Shown here: positions 36,797-47,421 of the stretch, piece by piece
Position numbering within the stretch: position 1 is the stretch's first letter
Layout: the number at the start of each line of letters is the position of its first letter
DNA from: Vicinamibacteria bacterium
Lineage (GTDB): Bacteria > Acidobacteriota > Vicinamibacteria > Marinacidobacterales > Marinacidobacteraceae
Length of the DNA: 64,000 nucleotides
Direction: 5' to 3'
Assembly: GCA_963555995.3 (NCBI GenBank)
Contig: OY821641.1
Span: 3,456,001-3,520,000 of the forward strand
Position numbers and translations under genes: made by a program
Notes under the pieces: generated by a model
Database searches by the model: none
Seen by the model: only the letters and a program-made list of their open reading frames with translations
What the model was told of the DNA's origin: nothing

Positions 36797-38863
36797 ATGA
36801 TGAACGCCTGCTGCCGGTTTGCGGTTCTCGGGACCGCGGTGCTGGGTTTCCTGATCCCGTTCTCCGGGTGTGGTGCGCCCGCGGGGGAAGCCCCGGTCTC
36901 CGCGGTCCCGGCCGGGACCGTTGACGACTGGCCGGCGATCCGGGACCGGGGCGCGATCCGTTTCGTGCGGCACGGCTTCGGGGAGTTCGAGACGCTCCCC
37001 TCCCAGGGTCTTTCCAAGGAGCGGTATCACTTCCTCGCCGAACGGTTCGCGGCGCGGCACGGGCTGCGCGCCGAATGGGTCGTGGCTCCCAGTGTGGATG
37101 ACCTGTTCGTCACGCTCGAGGAGGGCCGCGCCGACGTGGCGGTCGCCACCCTGACGGTGACGGCGGCGCGGGAGGAGCGGGTGGCGTTCACCGTCCCGCT
37201 CACCATTTCACGGGAATGGGTCGTGGGCCGCAGCGAGGGGGTGTTCGGCGTTCCGGCCGGGACCTCCTACGAGGAGAGCCTGGCCGCCCACTATCCGGAC
37301 GCGCCGCGGGCGCCGGTGGCCGGGGTCTTCGATCCGCTCACCATCCGGTCGCTGATCGAGGACGGCGTGTTCGACGCCACGATCATGGACGAGGCCGCCG
37401 CCCGGGTGATCGTGCGGACGAGCGCCGAGGTGCGGAAGCTCGCCGAGCTTCCCGAGCCGCAGCGGATCGCTTGGGCGGTACGGCTCGGGAACCCGCAACT
37501 GCGCGATGCCCTGGACGGGTTCCTCACGGAACACCACGCCGTTGCCGACGAACCCGTGGAAGTCCGCGACTGGACGGCGATCCGGGCCTCGGGCCAACTC
37601 CGCATGCTGACCCTCAGCTCGCCGGTGACCCATTATCTCTGGCGCGGCGAGCGGCTCGGGTTCGAGTACGAGCTGGTCCGAAGGTTCGCGGACGCCCACG
37701 GGCTGGACCTCGCGGTGATCGTGGTCCGCGACCATGAAGAACTCGTCCGGGGGCTCCTCGAGGGGCGCGGGGACGTGGTGGCGGCGGGCTGGGTCGAGAC
37801 CCCGGCGCGGGCGGAGGCGGGCCTCCTCTTCACCCGCCACTACCTCGAAATCCGGGAGACCTTCGTCACGGGCGGCGAGACCGGCCGCGAGACCGGCGGC
37901 GCCCCGGTCGCCCGGATCGAAGACCTGGCGGGCCGCACCGTCACCGTTCCCCGGGCGACCAGCTACGTCGCCACCCTTGCGCGCCTCGAAGGGGACTTCG
38001 AGGTCGAGGAAACGGACCGCTCGAGCCACACCCTGCTGGAGGACGTGGCGGCGGGGACGGTGGACGTCACCCTGGTGGACAGCCACCGCGCCGAACTGGC
38101 GGCGACGTTCGAACCGGGGCTCACGCTCGGGCTCGCCCTCGATCCCGGGATGCGGCTCGTCTGGGCGGTGGGGCCGGAACGCGTCGCGCTCAAGCGGGAA
38201 CTCGACGCCTTCCTCGACGCCGGCTACCGGGGCCTCGACTTCAACATGCTCTACAACAAGTACTTCGTGAACCGCCGCCGCCAGGCGCGGCAGCGGGAGC
38301 ACCGGGTCACCGGCGGCGAACTCTCGCGGTACGACGAACTGGTCAAGTCGGCTGCGGAGGCCGATGGATTCGACTGGCGGCTGATCGTGTCCCAGATGTA
38401 CCAGGAGAGCGGTTTCGACCCGCAACAGATCAGCTTCGCGGGGGCGCGGGGACTGCTCCAGGTCATGCCCCGTACCGCCGAGGAGCTCGGCGTGGACCCG
38501 GACCGGCTCGCCGAACCGGCCGTCGGCATTGACGCCGGCGTTCGGTATCTCGCCTGGAGCCGGGACCGGTTCCCGGACCTGCCCCCGGGGGAACAGCTCT
38601 GGTTCGCGCTGGCCTCGTACAACGCCGGCTACGGGCACGTCCGCGACGCCCGGCGTCTCGCGCGCCAGCTCGGGCTGGACGGTTCCCGATGGTTCGGCAA
38701 CGTGGAAGTGGCCATGCGCCGGCTCGGGGAGCCGCAGTATGCGAGCGAGGCCGCCTACGGGTACGTCCGGGGGTCCGGGGTGGCGCGCTACGTGAGCGAC
38801 ATCCGCAACCGGTACGGGGCGTACGTGGAGCACTTCCAGTTGCTCGAAACGGCGGACCGCTGA
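36797..38863 (+). CDS. MltF-like lytic transglycosylase with two substrate-binding domains
   Basis: Lipobox-like FSGC; two SBP-family-3-like repeats; SLT motifs QESGF, GLLQVMP, ASYNAG. Confidence 0.88.
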   Translation: MMNACCRFAVLGTAVLGFLIPFSGCGAPAGEAPVSAVPAGTVDDWPAIRDRGAIRFVRHGFGEFETLPSQGLSKERYHFLAERFAARHGLRAEWVVAPSVDDLFVTLEEGRADVAVATLTVTAAREERVAFTVPLTISREWVVGRSEGVFGVPAGTSYEESLAAHYPDAPRAPVAGVFDPLTIRSLIEDGVFDATIMDEAAARVIVRTSAEVRKLAELPEPQRIAWAVRLGNPQLRDALDGFLTEHHAVADEPVEVRDWTAIRASGQLRMLTLSSPVTHYLWRGERLGFEYELVRRFADAHGLDLAVIVVRDHEELVRGLLEGRGDVVAAGWVETPARAEAGLLFTRHYLEIRETFVTGGETGRETGGAPVARIEDLAGRTVTVPRATSYVATLARLEGDFEVEETDRSSHTLLEDVAAGTVDVTLVDSHRAELAATFEPGLTLGLALDPGMRLVWAVGPERVALKRELDAFLDAGYRGLDFNMLYNKYFVNRRRQARQREHRVTGGELSRYDELVKSAAEADGFDWRLIVSQMYQESGFDPQQISFAGARGLLQVMPRTAEELGVDPDRLAEPAVGIDAGVRYLAWSRDRFPDLPPGEQLWFALASYNAGYGHVRDARRLARQLGLDGSRWFGNVEVAMRRLGEPQYASEAAYGYVRGSGVARYVSDIRNRYGAYVEHFQLLETADR

Positions 38864-38951
38864 GCGCGGACTCGCCGCGCCGATTTGGCGGGGCGCCGAG
38901 GGCCGTGGGAAGATTGAAGGCCGTTCTTCGGGCTCTTCAACGGAGGTCGCG

Positions 38952-40715
38952 ATGACCCGTCTTTCCACCCGACTGGCAGCCGCAACCACGGGTCTGTGCC
39001 TGTTCCCGGCGCTCGCCGCCGCCCAGAACTGGACCTGCGAGCAGGTGATGGCCCCCATGCGGGACGGCGCCCGGCTCGCCACCGACGTGTACATCCCCCG
39101 CGGCCAGGGTCCGGGGCCGTTCCCGGTGGTGCTCGAACGCACCCCCTACAACAAGGGCGGGTGCGCCCGCGCCTCCGCCGAGTACTTCGCCGCGCGGGGC
39201 TACATCGCCATGGCGCAGGACGAACGCGGCCGCTACGAGTCCGAGGGCGAGTACTACTGGCTCATGGACGAGGGCTGGGGAGAGCGCCAGGACGGCTACG
39301 ACACCATCGAGTGGGCGGCTGCGCACCCGCTGTCGAGCGGCAAGGTGGGAACGCACGGCCTCTCGTTCACCTGCGCGAACCAGCTCCTGACCGCACCCAC
39401 CCAGCCGCCCCACCTCGAGGCGATGTTCTGTTCGCAGTACGCGTCGAACAGCTACCGGGACATCTTCTGGCAGGGCGGGGCGCTCCACATGGTCCTGCCG
39501 ACGTGGCTGCTCACCCAGCGCGAGATGGTGAAGCCGCTCCGCATGAACGTCCCGGGACACCGGGGCTACCTGGGCTCCGGCGAGGCGTGGACCTCCTGGT
39601 ATGACGAACACCGCGAGGTCGGCGACTCGTTCACCGAGAGCATGTTCTCGGACATGTACAACGACCTGGTCGGGAACCCCTACTACAACGACTACTGGCG
39701 CCGACTGGCGGTGGACGAGCAGTACGACAAGTTCGACGTCCCCATCTATCACCTCGGCGGCTGGTACGACCGCCACATCCACGGCACCGTCCAGCACTTC
39801 CAGCGGGTGAACGAGGTCGGCGGCCCCCGCGGCCGGGGAGCGCAGAAGCTCATCGTCGGCCCCTGGATCCACGGCTGGCCGCCGAGGGACGACCGCGTCG
39901 GCGACATGAACTTCCCCGGCTCCAGCCTGGACCACTTGGCGCTCCGCCTCCGCTGGTTCGACCACCACCTGAAGGGCCACGACAACGGCATCATGGATGA
40001 GCCCCCGGTGCTCATCTACGTCATGGGGGACAACGTCTGGCGCGAGGAGCACGAGTTTCCGCTCGCCCGCCAGCAGGAGGAGGACTGGTACCTCCGCGCC
40101 GGCCCCGCCGGCAGCGGCGACTCGCTGAACGACGGCCTCCTTTCCCGCGAACCGCCCGGCGACGAGCCCCCGGATTCCTACGAGTACGACCCCCGGAAGC
40201 CCGCGCCGACCATCGGCGGCGACCTCTTCGTCGAGCCGCGCGGCGCGCAGGACCACCGGCCCGCCGACCGGGTGAGCCTCACCTACACCTCGGAGCCGCT
40301 CGACGCGCCGCTCGAGGTGACGGGCATCGTGCGCGTCGAGTTCTTCGCCGCCTCTTCGGCGGTGGACACCGACTGGGTGGTCACCATGAACGCGGTCCAC
40401 GAGTCCGGCTACTCGCAACTGCTCCGCCAGATGATCCAGCGCGCCCGCTACCGGGAGGGAGACGAGGCGCCCCTGCTGCTCACGCCGGGCGAGATCGTTC
40501 CCTACACGATCGAGCTCTACCCGATGTCCAACGTCTTCCTGCCGGGTCAGCGCATCCGGCTGACGGTCACCAGCTCCAGCTTCCCGAAGTGGTACCCGAA
40601 CGGGAACACGGGCCGGGAGATGATGGAGGACCGTCCCGGCGTCGTGGCCACGAACACGATCTACCACGACGCCGAGCACCCCTCGAAGGTGGTGCTTCCG
40701 GTGATTCCCCGATGA
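38952..40715 (+). CDS. CocE/NonD family hydrolase
   Basis: PMRDGARLATDVY, RTPY, QDERGR-SEG, GLSF, GGWYD, IVGPWIH. Confidence 0.92.
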   Translation: MTRLSTRLAAATTGLCLFPALAAAQNWTCEQVMAPMRDGARLATDVYIPRGQGPGPFPVVLERTPYNKGGCARASAEYFAARGYIAMAQDERGRYESEGEYYWLMDEGWGERQDGYDTIEWAAAHPLSSGKVGTHGLSFTCANQLLTAPTQPPHLEAMFCSQYASNSYRDIFWQGGALHMVLPTWLLTQREMVKPLRMNVPGHRGYLGSGEAWTSWYDEHREVGDSFTESMFSDMYNDLVGNPYYNDYWRRLAVDEQYDKFDVPIYHLGGWYDRHIHGTVQHFQRVNEVGGPRGRGAQKLIVGPWIHGWPPRDDRVGDMNFPGSSLDHLALRLRWFDHHLKGHDNGIMDEPPVLIYVMGDNVWREEHEFPLARQQEEDWYLRAGPAGSGDSLNDGLLSREPPGDEPPDSYEYDPRKPAPTIGGDLFVEPRGAQDHRPADRVSLTYTSEPLDAPLEVTGIVRVEFFAASSAVDTDWVVTMNAVHESGYSQLLRQMIQRARYREGDEAPLLLTPGEIVPYTIELYPMSNVFLPGQRIRLTVTSSSFPKWYPNGNTGREMMEDRPGVVATNTIYHDAEHPSKVVLPVIPR

Positions 40716-40762
40716 ACCCCCGGATGAATCCGGAGATGATCGCGACAAGGAGATCCCGCCCC

Positions 40763-42264
40763 ATGTCTTCACGCCTTCCGCGCCGCCGCGGCGCGCTGCT
40801 CCTCGCGCTGCTGCTCCCGGCGGCGCTCGCTGCCCAGGACCGCGATCTGGACCTCGTCATCACCGGCGGCCGCGTCATGGACCCCGAGACGGGGCTGGAC
40901 GCCGTCCGCGACGTCGGAGTGGTGCGGAACGAGATCGTGGCCATCTCCCGCGAGGTGCTCCAGAACCGGCTGAAGCAGGGCGGGGTGCTCCTCGACGCCT
41001 CCGGGAAGGTGGTGAGCCCGGGGTTCATTGATCTCCACGCGCACGGGCAATCCACCGAGGCGAACAAGTACCAGGCGATGGACGGCGTGACGACCGCGCT
41101 GGAGCTGGAGGGCGGCGTCCCCGCATCGCGCGCTTCATCGAGAGCCGGTCCGGCAGCGCGATCATCCACTACGGCGCCTCGGTGTCCCACGGCGGACTGC
41201 GCCTGCTCGGAATCCCGGGGGTCAGCGAGGTCGCGGAAGGGGTGCTGGACGCCGAGAGCACCGGCGCCGAGCTGGTCATCGAACACGCGAACCTCCTCCG
41301 CGAAGCCAACTACGCGGGCGTGGAGGACACCGAGACCGTCCACGAGGCGATCGCCGCGGAGATGCGCGCCGGTGGGCTCGGGATCGGGCTGCCGCACCAG
41401 TACTACCCGGGTGCCGATCACACCGAGATATTCCGGATCTTCGAACTCGCGGCGGAGCTGGATGTGCCCATCTACTGCCACGTGCGCGACATGGCCATCT
41501 CGGCCGTCCAGGAGGTGGTCTCGAACGCGACCGCCACCGGCGCGTCGCTCCACATCGTGCACCTGAACAGCTCCAGCCTCCACCACCTGCCGGTCACCCT
41601 CGCCCTGATCAAGGGCGCCCGCGACGCCGGGGTGGACGTGACGACCGAGGCCTATCCCTACACCGCGGCTTCCACGGGGATCTCCTCGGCCATCTTCGAC
41701 GAGGGCTGGCAGGAGAAGCTCGGGATGACCTACGGGGACATCCAGTGGCAGGACACCGGCGAGCGGCTCACCGAGGAGACCTTCAACTTCTTCCAGCAGG
41801 AGGGGGGCACGGTGATCATGCACATGATGGATCCCGAGATGATCGAGCTGGCGATCACCACCCCGTTCGTGATGGTGGCCTCGGACGGGATGCCCTACGC
41901 GCCGGGCGCGCACCCCCGCTCGGCGGGCACCTTCTCCCGGGTGCTCGGCCGCTACGTCCGCGACCAGGGCGTGATGACGCTCAACGAGGCGCTCCGGAAG
42001 ATCACCCTCATGCCCGCCGAACGGCTGCAGGAGGTCGCGCCCCTGATGCGGCGGAAGGGACGCATCCAGATCGGCGCCATCGCCGACATCACCGTGTTCG
42101 ATCCGGACACCATCATGGACACCGCGACCTTCGAGGAGGATCTGAGCTTCTCCGAGGGGGTCGCCCACGTGGTGGTGGACGGCGTCCCCGTGGTCCGGGA
42201 CGGCGCGCTCCTCGACGGCGTCTTCCCCGGCAAGCCCCTCCTCAGCCGCTACACGTCGGAGTAG
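40763..42264 (+). pseudogene. N-acyl-D-amino-acid deacylase-like amidohydrolase with one frameshift near 41120
   Basis: GGRVMDP, PGFIDLHAH and DGVTTALELE in one frame; HYGASVSH, EAYPY, ASDG, HPRSAGTF and KGRIQIG in another. Confidence 0.8.
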
Positions 42265-42301
42265 TTGCGGAACCGCAATGCCGGGAGCGCCAACCAGTGC
42301 C

Positions 42302-42498
42302 GGCTGGGAGCGCCAGTCTTCAGACTGGCATCGCCCGCGTAGCGGGCGAAACTCCCGGTGTCAGGTTGCCGTATGACGCTGCGCCAATCTGTGTGGCGTT
42401 GCGCCATACGGCGTGTCGTTCCGCCATGTGGCGAATCGGCGATGGGAGTTTCGCTCCCCGTTGGGGAGCGATGCCGGTCTGAAGACCGGCGCTCCCGG
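42302..42498. repeat. REPIN-like inverted pair with distinct interior
   Basis: GGGAGCGCCAGTCTTCAGACTGGCATCGC...AAACTCCC and GGGAGTTT...GCGATGCCGGTCTGAAGACCGGCGCTCCC. Confidence 0.8.
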
Positions 42499-42560
42499 CG
42501 GTGTCCGTTGATCTCGTGACCCGCGAAATGACCGGGCGGACCCCGCCGCAGGCGGGAAAC

Positions 42561-43298
42561 ATGGGTACCCGAGATCAGCATCGCTTCCTGCTGCTGCAGG
42601 TGCGCGAGCCCGGCGACCCCATGGCGGCGAACGAGGCGTTCGCCTTCCGGCGCGCGCTGGGACTGGAACCGGATCAGCTTGAGGTGTTCGATCTGCTCGC
42701 GGCGGCGCCGGGGCTGTCTTGCCTCCGGTCCGCGGATGCGGTCCTCATCGGAGGCAGCGGCGACCACTCGGTGGTTCGGGGAGGGCCCTGGCTTGCCGGC
42801 GCGCTCAAGGCAATGGAACTCCTCCACGAACACTCCATCCCCACCTTCGCCTCCTGCTGGGGCTTCCAGGGCCTCGCGAAGGCGCTCGGCGGCCGGGTGG
42901 TCACCGACCACGCCCGCGCCGAGGTGGGGGTGCTCCCGCTGGACCTCACCGAAGCCGGGAAACACGACCCCGTCTTCGGTCCCATCGGGTCCGGCTTTCC
43001 CGTGGTCATCGGCCACGAGGACATCGTGGACGAACTGCCGCAAGACGCCGTGAGCCTCGCGTCGAGCGCCACCATCGAGAACGAGGCCCTCAAGTTCGTG
43101 GATAAGCCCATCTACGCGACCCAGTTCCACCCGGAACTGGTCAAGGAGGACCTCATCGCCCGGATCGCCGCCTACCCCCCCTACCTCCCGCTCACCGGCG
43201 CCCACTCGCTCGACGAACTCCGCGCCAACACCCCCGAGACCCCCGGCGCCGCCGGCCTCCTCCGGCGGTTCGTGGCGGAGGTGGTGGAAACCCGGTAG
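42561..43298 (+). CDS. Type 1 glutamine amidotransferase-like protein
   Basis: IGGSG, ASCWGFQ, QFHPE. Confidence 0.88.
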   Translation: MGTRDQHRFLLLQVREPGDPMAANEAFAFRRALGLEPDQLEVFDLLAAAPGLSCLRSADAVLIGGSGDHSVVRGGPWLAGALKAMELLHEHSIPTFASCWGFQGLAKALGGRVVTDHARAEVGVLPLDLTEAGKHDPVFGPIGSGFPVVIGHEDIVDELPQDAVSLASSATIENEALKFVDKPIYATQFHPELVKEDLIARIAAYPPYLPLTGAHSLDELRANTPETPGAAGLLRRFVAEVVETR

Positions 43299-43424
43299 CT
43301 GGCGCTTTCCGAACGGCGCCGAGGATTACCGCCCGAGTCCCACCGGCCGTCGAGCCCGGCGCATTTGACTTACCGGGGTAATGAGAACGAGAATGGCCTG
43401 GAGGGCAAACTCCCAGGTCGGCAC

Positions 43425-43685
43425 ATGGACAGCATTCAGTCTCGGATCACTTCCCAAGGCCAGGTGTCCGTCCCGGCGCGGATCCGGCACAAGCTGGGCC
43501 TGACGCCGGGTTCGACGGTCGAGTGGTGCGAGCGGGGACCCGAAGTGCTCGTCCGGCGGGCGACAAAGTACACGTCGCTGGAAATTCACCACGCCGTTTT
43601 CCCGTCGGCGCCCGAGCGGAAGAGCGTTGAGGAGATGGACGCGGGAATCGGGATCCATTTGCGAGCCCGGCATGCGCGCTCTTGA
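43425..43685 (+). CDS. AbrB/MazE-type antitoxin (VapB-like)
   Basis: SRITSQGQVSVPARIRHKLGL-PG; overlaps the PIN toxin gene. Confidence 0.88.
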   Translation: MDSIQSRITSQGQVSVPARIRHKLGLTPGSTVEWCERGPEVLVRRATKYTSLEIHHAVFPSAPERKSVEEMDAGIGIHLRARHARS

Positions 43686-44052
43686 CACGAACGTTCTGGT
43701 CCGGCTGATCGTTCGGGACGACCCGGATCAGGTGGCGCGCGCTGAGGCGTTCGTCGAATCGGGAGCTTGGGTGTCCCTGCTGGTGCTGGCGGAGACCGTA
43801 TGGGTGCTGGAGTCCGTGTACGGGCTGGACCAACGGCGCGTCGCGACCGTGGTCGAAATGCTTCTGGACCACGACCGCCTCACGCTTCAGGATGAAGACG
43901 TGGTCCGCCGGGCGCACGCGACTTTCCGCGGCGAACGCACTGCCGGGTTCTCCGACTGCCTCATCGTCGAGACCGCGCGCAAGGCGGGGCATCGTCCGGT
44001 CGGGACGTTCGACCGGCGGTTGTCACGGGTGGACGGGACCGAGCGGCTGTAA
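43672..44052 (+). CDS. PIN-domain toxin VapC
   Basis: ALDTNVLVR, ETVWVL, FSDCLI, TFDRRL. Confidence 0.9.
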   Translation: MRALDTNVLVRLIVRDDPDQVARAEAFVESGAWVSLLVLAETVWVLESVYGLDQRRVATVVEMLLDHDRLTLQDEDVVRRAHATFRGERTAGFSDCLIVETARKAGHRPVGTFDRRLSRVDGTERL

Positions 44053-44113
44053 TCCGCCACTGGCCGGAGTGGCTCCTTTGTCGGGGAGCTCGCGATGGGG
44101 ACCATGGCGCGTA

Positions 44114-44277
44114 GGTTTGGAGCGCCGGCTTCAGCCGGCACAGCCCGCCGCAGGCGGGCGGCGAGACGGACCTCATTCGCCGGGATGGCTCGGCTGCGCG
44201 CCAACGCACCCGGGATAGCGACGAACCGCCAGCGGCCCTGCGGGCCGCGGTGCCGGCTGAAGCCGGCGCTCCAAGCC
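44114..44277. repeat. REPIN-like element, type A
   Basis: Same ends and interior as 1291-1455; between convergent vapC and sirtuin genes. Confidence 0.9.
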
Positions 44278-44287
44278 GTTGCGCCCC

Positions 44288-45046
44288 CTACCCGTCCAGA
44301 CGCACCAGCTCCGGCAGCACGGTGCCGATCTCGCCGCGGACCACCGCGTCGGCGATCCGGTCGAGCGGGGTCGGGTCGCGGTTGACGATGACCAGGCGCG
44401 CCCCCGCGAACCGGGCCACCCGCGGGATGGACGCCGCCGGCTCGACCACCAGCGACGACCCGACCGCGAGCATCAGGTCGCACGCCTCGGCCGCCGCCAC
44501 CGATTGCTCCAGGACGTCGTGCGGCATCGCCTGACCGAAGGAGATCGTCGCCGGCTTGAGGAACCCGCCGCACTCGCGGCAGCGCGGCGCCTTCTCGCCG
44601 GCCTCGATCCGCCGGCAAGCCTCGTCCGAGGTGATGCGGTCGCCGCAGGTCAGGCAGGCCGCCTCGGTCGTGGTGCCGTGCAGTTCGAAGACCTTCTCGG
44701 CGGGCACCCCCGACCGCTGGTGTAGCCGTTCGATGTTCTGGGTGATCAGCGCGTCGAGCCGGCCCTGGCGGTGCAGTTCGACGAACGCGTGGTGTCCGGC
44801 ATTCGGCTGCGCCTCGCGCATGGCGGGCCAGCCGAGCGCCTTCTGCCGCCAGTATTCGATGCGTCCGGCTTCGCTCGACACGAACTCCCGGAAGTCCACG
44901 ATCCGGTTCTCGGCCCACACCCCGCCGGGGCTGCGGAAGTCCGGGACCCCCGATTCGGTCGAGATGCCGGCGCCGGTGAACCCCACGATGCGCGACGCGC
45001 CGGCGACCAGTGTGCGAGCAGCCGTGACCGCGGTGTCAGCGGACAT
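44288..45046 (-). CDS. NAD-dependent deacylase (sirtuin/CobB family)
   Basis: TGAGISTESG-PDFR, TQNI, ELHG, two CxxC, VGSSL, IVN. Confidence 0.93.
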   Translation of the reverse strand: MSADTAVTAARTLVAGASRIVGFTGAGISTESGVPDFRSPGGVWAENRIVDFREFVSSEAGRIEYWRQKALGWPAMREAQPNAGHHAFVELHRQGRLDALITQNIERLHQRSGVPAEKVFELHGTTTEAACLTCGDRITSDEACRRIEAGEKAPRCRECGGFLKPATISFGQAMPHDVLEQSVAAAEACDLMLAVGSSLVVEPAASIPRVARFAGARLVIVNRDPTPLDRIADAVVRGEIGTVLPELVRLDG

Positions 45047-45115
45047 CCTGCGCCTCGTGTGAGTTCGACGGACCCGGAGCCGCGCTGGTCCCACCCGCCA
45101 GTCTGGCTCGGACGA

Positions 45116-45319
45116 TTACCGGCTTGCGTCTCGGAATAGCAGCGTGATGATGATGAACAGCATGAGCGCCGTGTTCAGCCCGAACACCCCCCAGGCCAGG
45201 CGGCACTGCGCCTTCAAGCTCTTCTTGAGGGCGGCTGTCTTGGCATCGAGGGCCTCGGTCCGGGCGCTGACCATCCGCGCCCCGATCTGGGCGGCGGCGT
45301 TCTCTCCCGGCGCGGACAT
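45116..45319 (-). CDS. Small coiled-coil protein with C-terminal TM anchor
   Basis: 67 aa: helical stretch then LAWGVFGLNTALMLFIIITLLFR. Confidence 0.5.
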   Translation of the reverse strand: MSAPGENAAAQIGARMVSARTEALDAKTAALKKSLKAQCRLAWGVFGLNTALMLFIIITLLFRDASR

Positions 45320-45440
45320 GACATCTTCGGAAGAGTATAGGCCTGCTCCGGATCCTTCACGATCGGTCGGACCGCCGAGCGCTCCGGGGGCGCCGGCCAC
45401 CTTTCCGACCCGTGGTCGCGGGTATCATCGCGCGCTCCCT

Positions 45441-47399
45441 ATGGTCCGTTCCGCCGCCCGTCTCCGGTTGCCGGATTCCCCCACCGTGACGGCCTTTCTG
45501 CTGGCGCTGACCTTGGTCGCGCCTCAGGCGGCGGCCGAGGTTCCGCCTGCGGATCCGCGTGAAGGGGAGATTGCGGCGGACACCCAGCAGGCCGACGAGG
45601 AGCAGCCGGAGCGGCCCACCCACACGGAAACCGTCGTCGTCACCGCGAGCCGTGGCGAGGAGTCCATCGTGGACTCGGTGGCGCTCGTGACCGCGCTCGA
45701 CGGCGAGGACCTCGCGGACTCCCCCGGCGCGCTGGTGGACGAGGCGCTGAGCCGCGTCCCCGGCTTCGGGCTCTTCCGGCGCAACACCAGCTTCATCTCC
45801 CACCCCACCACCACCGGCGTCTCGCTGCGCGGTATCGGCCCGAGCGGCGCCAGCCGGACGCTGGTCCTCTGGGACGGGGTTCCGCTCAACGACCCCTTCG
45901 GCAACTGGGTGTACTGGAACCGCCTGCCGACCCTCTTCCTCGACCGCGTGGAGGTGGCGCGCGGCGCCGCCAGCCCCCTCTACGGCAGTTCCGCCCTCGG
46001 CGGGACCGTCCAGCTCCTGTCCCGCCGCGCCGAGCCGGGGCAACTGAGACTCCGGGGCCGCCTCGGGAACTTCGGGATCCAGAACGGCGAGGTCTTCGCC
46101 GCCGACGAGGTGGGCGGCGTCTCGGTGGTCGGGGCGGCGCGGATGCTGAACAGCGAGGGCTACCACCGCATCCGCGAGGCCGAGCGCGGCGCGGTGGACC
46201 AGCCCGCCGGGGTGGACTTCCGCTCCATGGTCGGCCGCGCCACGTCCGGGCCGGTCCATTTCTCGATCAACTACTACGCCGAGGACCGCCGGAACGGCAC
46301 GCCCCTCCAGGTCAACAACTCACGGCTGGTCATGCTGGAGGGCGGCGTCACCCAGGAGAACTGGGACCTGCGGCTGTTTGGACAGGACTCCCGGCTGAAC
46401 AGCGACTTCTCCCGCATCTTCCCCGGCCGCAACGAGGAACGGCGGACCGCACGCCAGATGTTCGAGTACTCGGGGGTCGGCGGCATCTTCACCACCCGGA
46501 TCCGCGAAGGAACCCAGGCGGGCGCCGACTGGGTGCGGACCTCGTGGGGCGACCACTCCCAGAACCGGGTCGGCGGCTTCGTCCAGCAGCGGCTGGAGCT
46601 CACCCCCGCACTGGAACTCCTGGCCGACGGCCGGCTCGACCTCTGGCAGAACACCGGCACCAAGGCCAGCGTCAACCCCCGCCTCGGACTCAACTACCGG
46701 GTGGCGGACAGCGCGACCCTGCGCGCTTCCGGCTACCGCGGCTTCCGGGCCCCGTCGCTCAACGAGCTCTACCGTCCCTTCCGCGTCGGCAACGTCCGGG
46801 TGGCGGCCAACGACGCGCTCGGCGAGGAGACCCTCTACGGCGCCGAGGCCGGCGTGGACCTCTACCCGTCCGACGCGCTGTTGCTCCGGGCGAACGCCTA
46901 CTGGAACGCGCTCCGCGACACGGTGGGCAACATCACCCTCGAGGTGAACGACGAGGGCGTCTTCCGCCAGCGCCAGAACATCGGCCGCTCCACTGCGCGG
47001 GGTTTCGAGGCGGAGGCCTACGCCTTCGCCAGCGACGGGCTCGAGGTCTTCGCGGCGTACCTCTACTCGGACACCTCGGTCGAGGAGACCGGGCTGCGGA
47101 TTCCCCAGGTCCCGCTCCACCAGGGCGTCGTCGGCGCCACCTGGCGCGGCCCGGCGGTGGTGAAGGCCGACCTCCGTTTCATGAGCGACCAGTTCGAGGA
47201 CGACCGCAACGAGCTGCCGATGGCCGGGTTCGCCTCCCTCGGCGTCCGGGTCGGTTACCCGGCGAACGACAGGTTCACCGTCTTCCTCGCGGGCGAGAAC
47301 CTGCTCGACGCGGAGATCATCTCGGCCCGCACCCCCATCGAGACCCTAGGCACCCCCCGCGCCCTCCACATCGGCGTGGACGTGGACCTGTCCCGCTGA
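45441..47399 (+). CDS. TonB-dependent receptor
   Basis: ETVVVTASR TonB box, LRG, DGVPLND, EVARG--SPLYG--ALGG, FRAPSLNELY, ENLLD. Confidence 0.92.
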   Translation: MVRSAARLRLPDSPTVTAFLLALTLVAPQAAAEVPPADPREGEIAADTQQADEEQPERPTHTETVVVTASRGEESIVDSVALVTALDGEDLADSPGALVDEALSRVPGFGLFRRNTSFISHPTTTGVSLRGIGPSGASRTLVLWDGVPLNDPFGNWVYWNRLPTLFLDRVEVARGAASPLYGSSALGGTVQLLSRRAEPGQLRLRGRLGNFGIQNGEVFAADEVGGVSVVGAARMLNSEGYHRIREAERGAVDQPAGVDFRSMVGRATSGPVHFSINYYAEDRRNGTPLQVNNSRLVMLEGGVTQENWDLRLFGQDSRLNSDFSRIFPGRNEERRTARQMFEYSGVGGIFTTRIREGTQAGADWVRTSWGDHSQNRVGGFVQQRLELTPALELLADGRLDLWQNTGTKASVNPRLGLNYRVADSATLRASGYRGFRAPSLNELYRPFRVGNVRVAANDALGEETLYGAEAGVDLYPSDALLLRANAYWNALRDTVGNITLEVNDEGVFRQRQNIGRSTARGFEAEAYAFASDGLEVFAAYLYSDTSVEETGLRIPQVPLHQGVVGATWRGPAVVKADLRFMSDQFEDDRNELPMAGFASLGVRVGYPANDRFTVFLAGENLLDAEIISARTPIETLGTPRALHIGVDVDLSR

Positions 47400-47421
47400 C
47401 CGTTCTTCGGGGAGGTACCCC

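Noticed and set aside
36797-38863. Double substrate-binding-domain MltF as a novelty
   Set aside because: This looks like a known architecture variant; nothing else unusual seen
40712-40740. Short GATGAA(C/T)CC duplication; also the GAGACCGG duplication near 37870
   Set aside because: Two-copy microduplications with no further structure
43425-45046. Sirtuin plus vapBC as a Sir2-type defence system
   Set aside because: The sirtuin has canonical zinc-binding CobB-like features, is convergent with vapC and is separated from it by a REPIN
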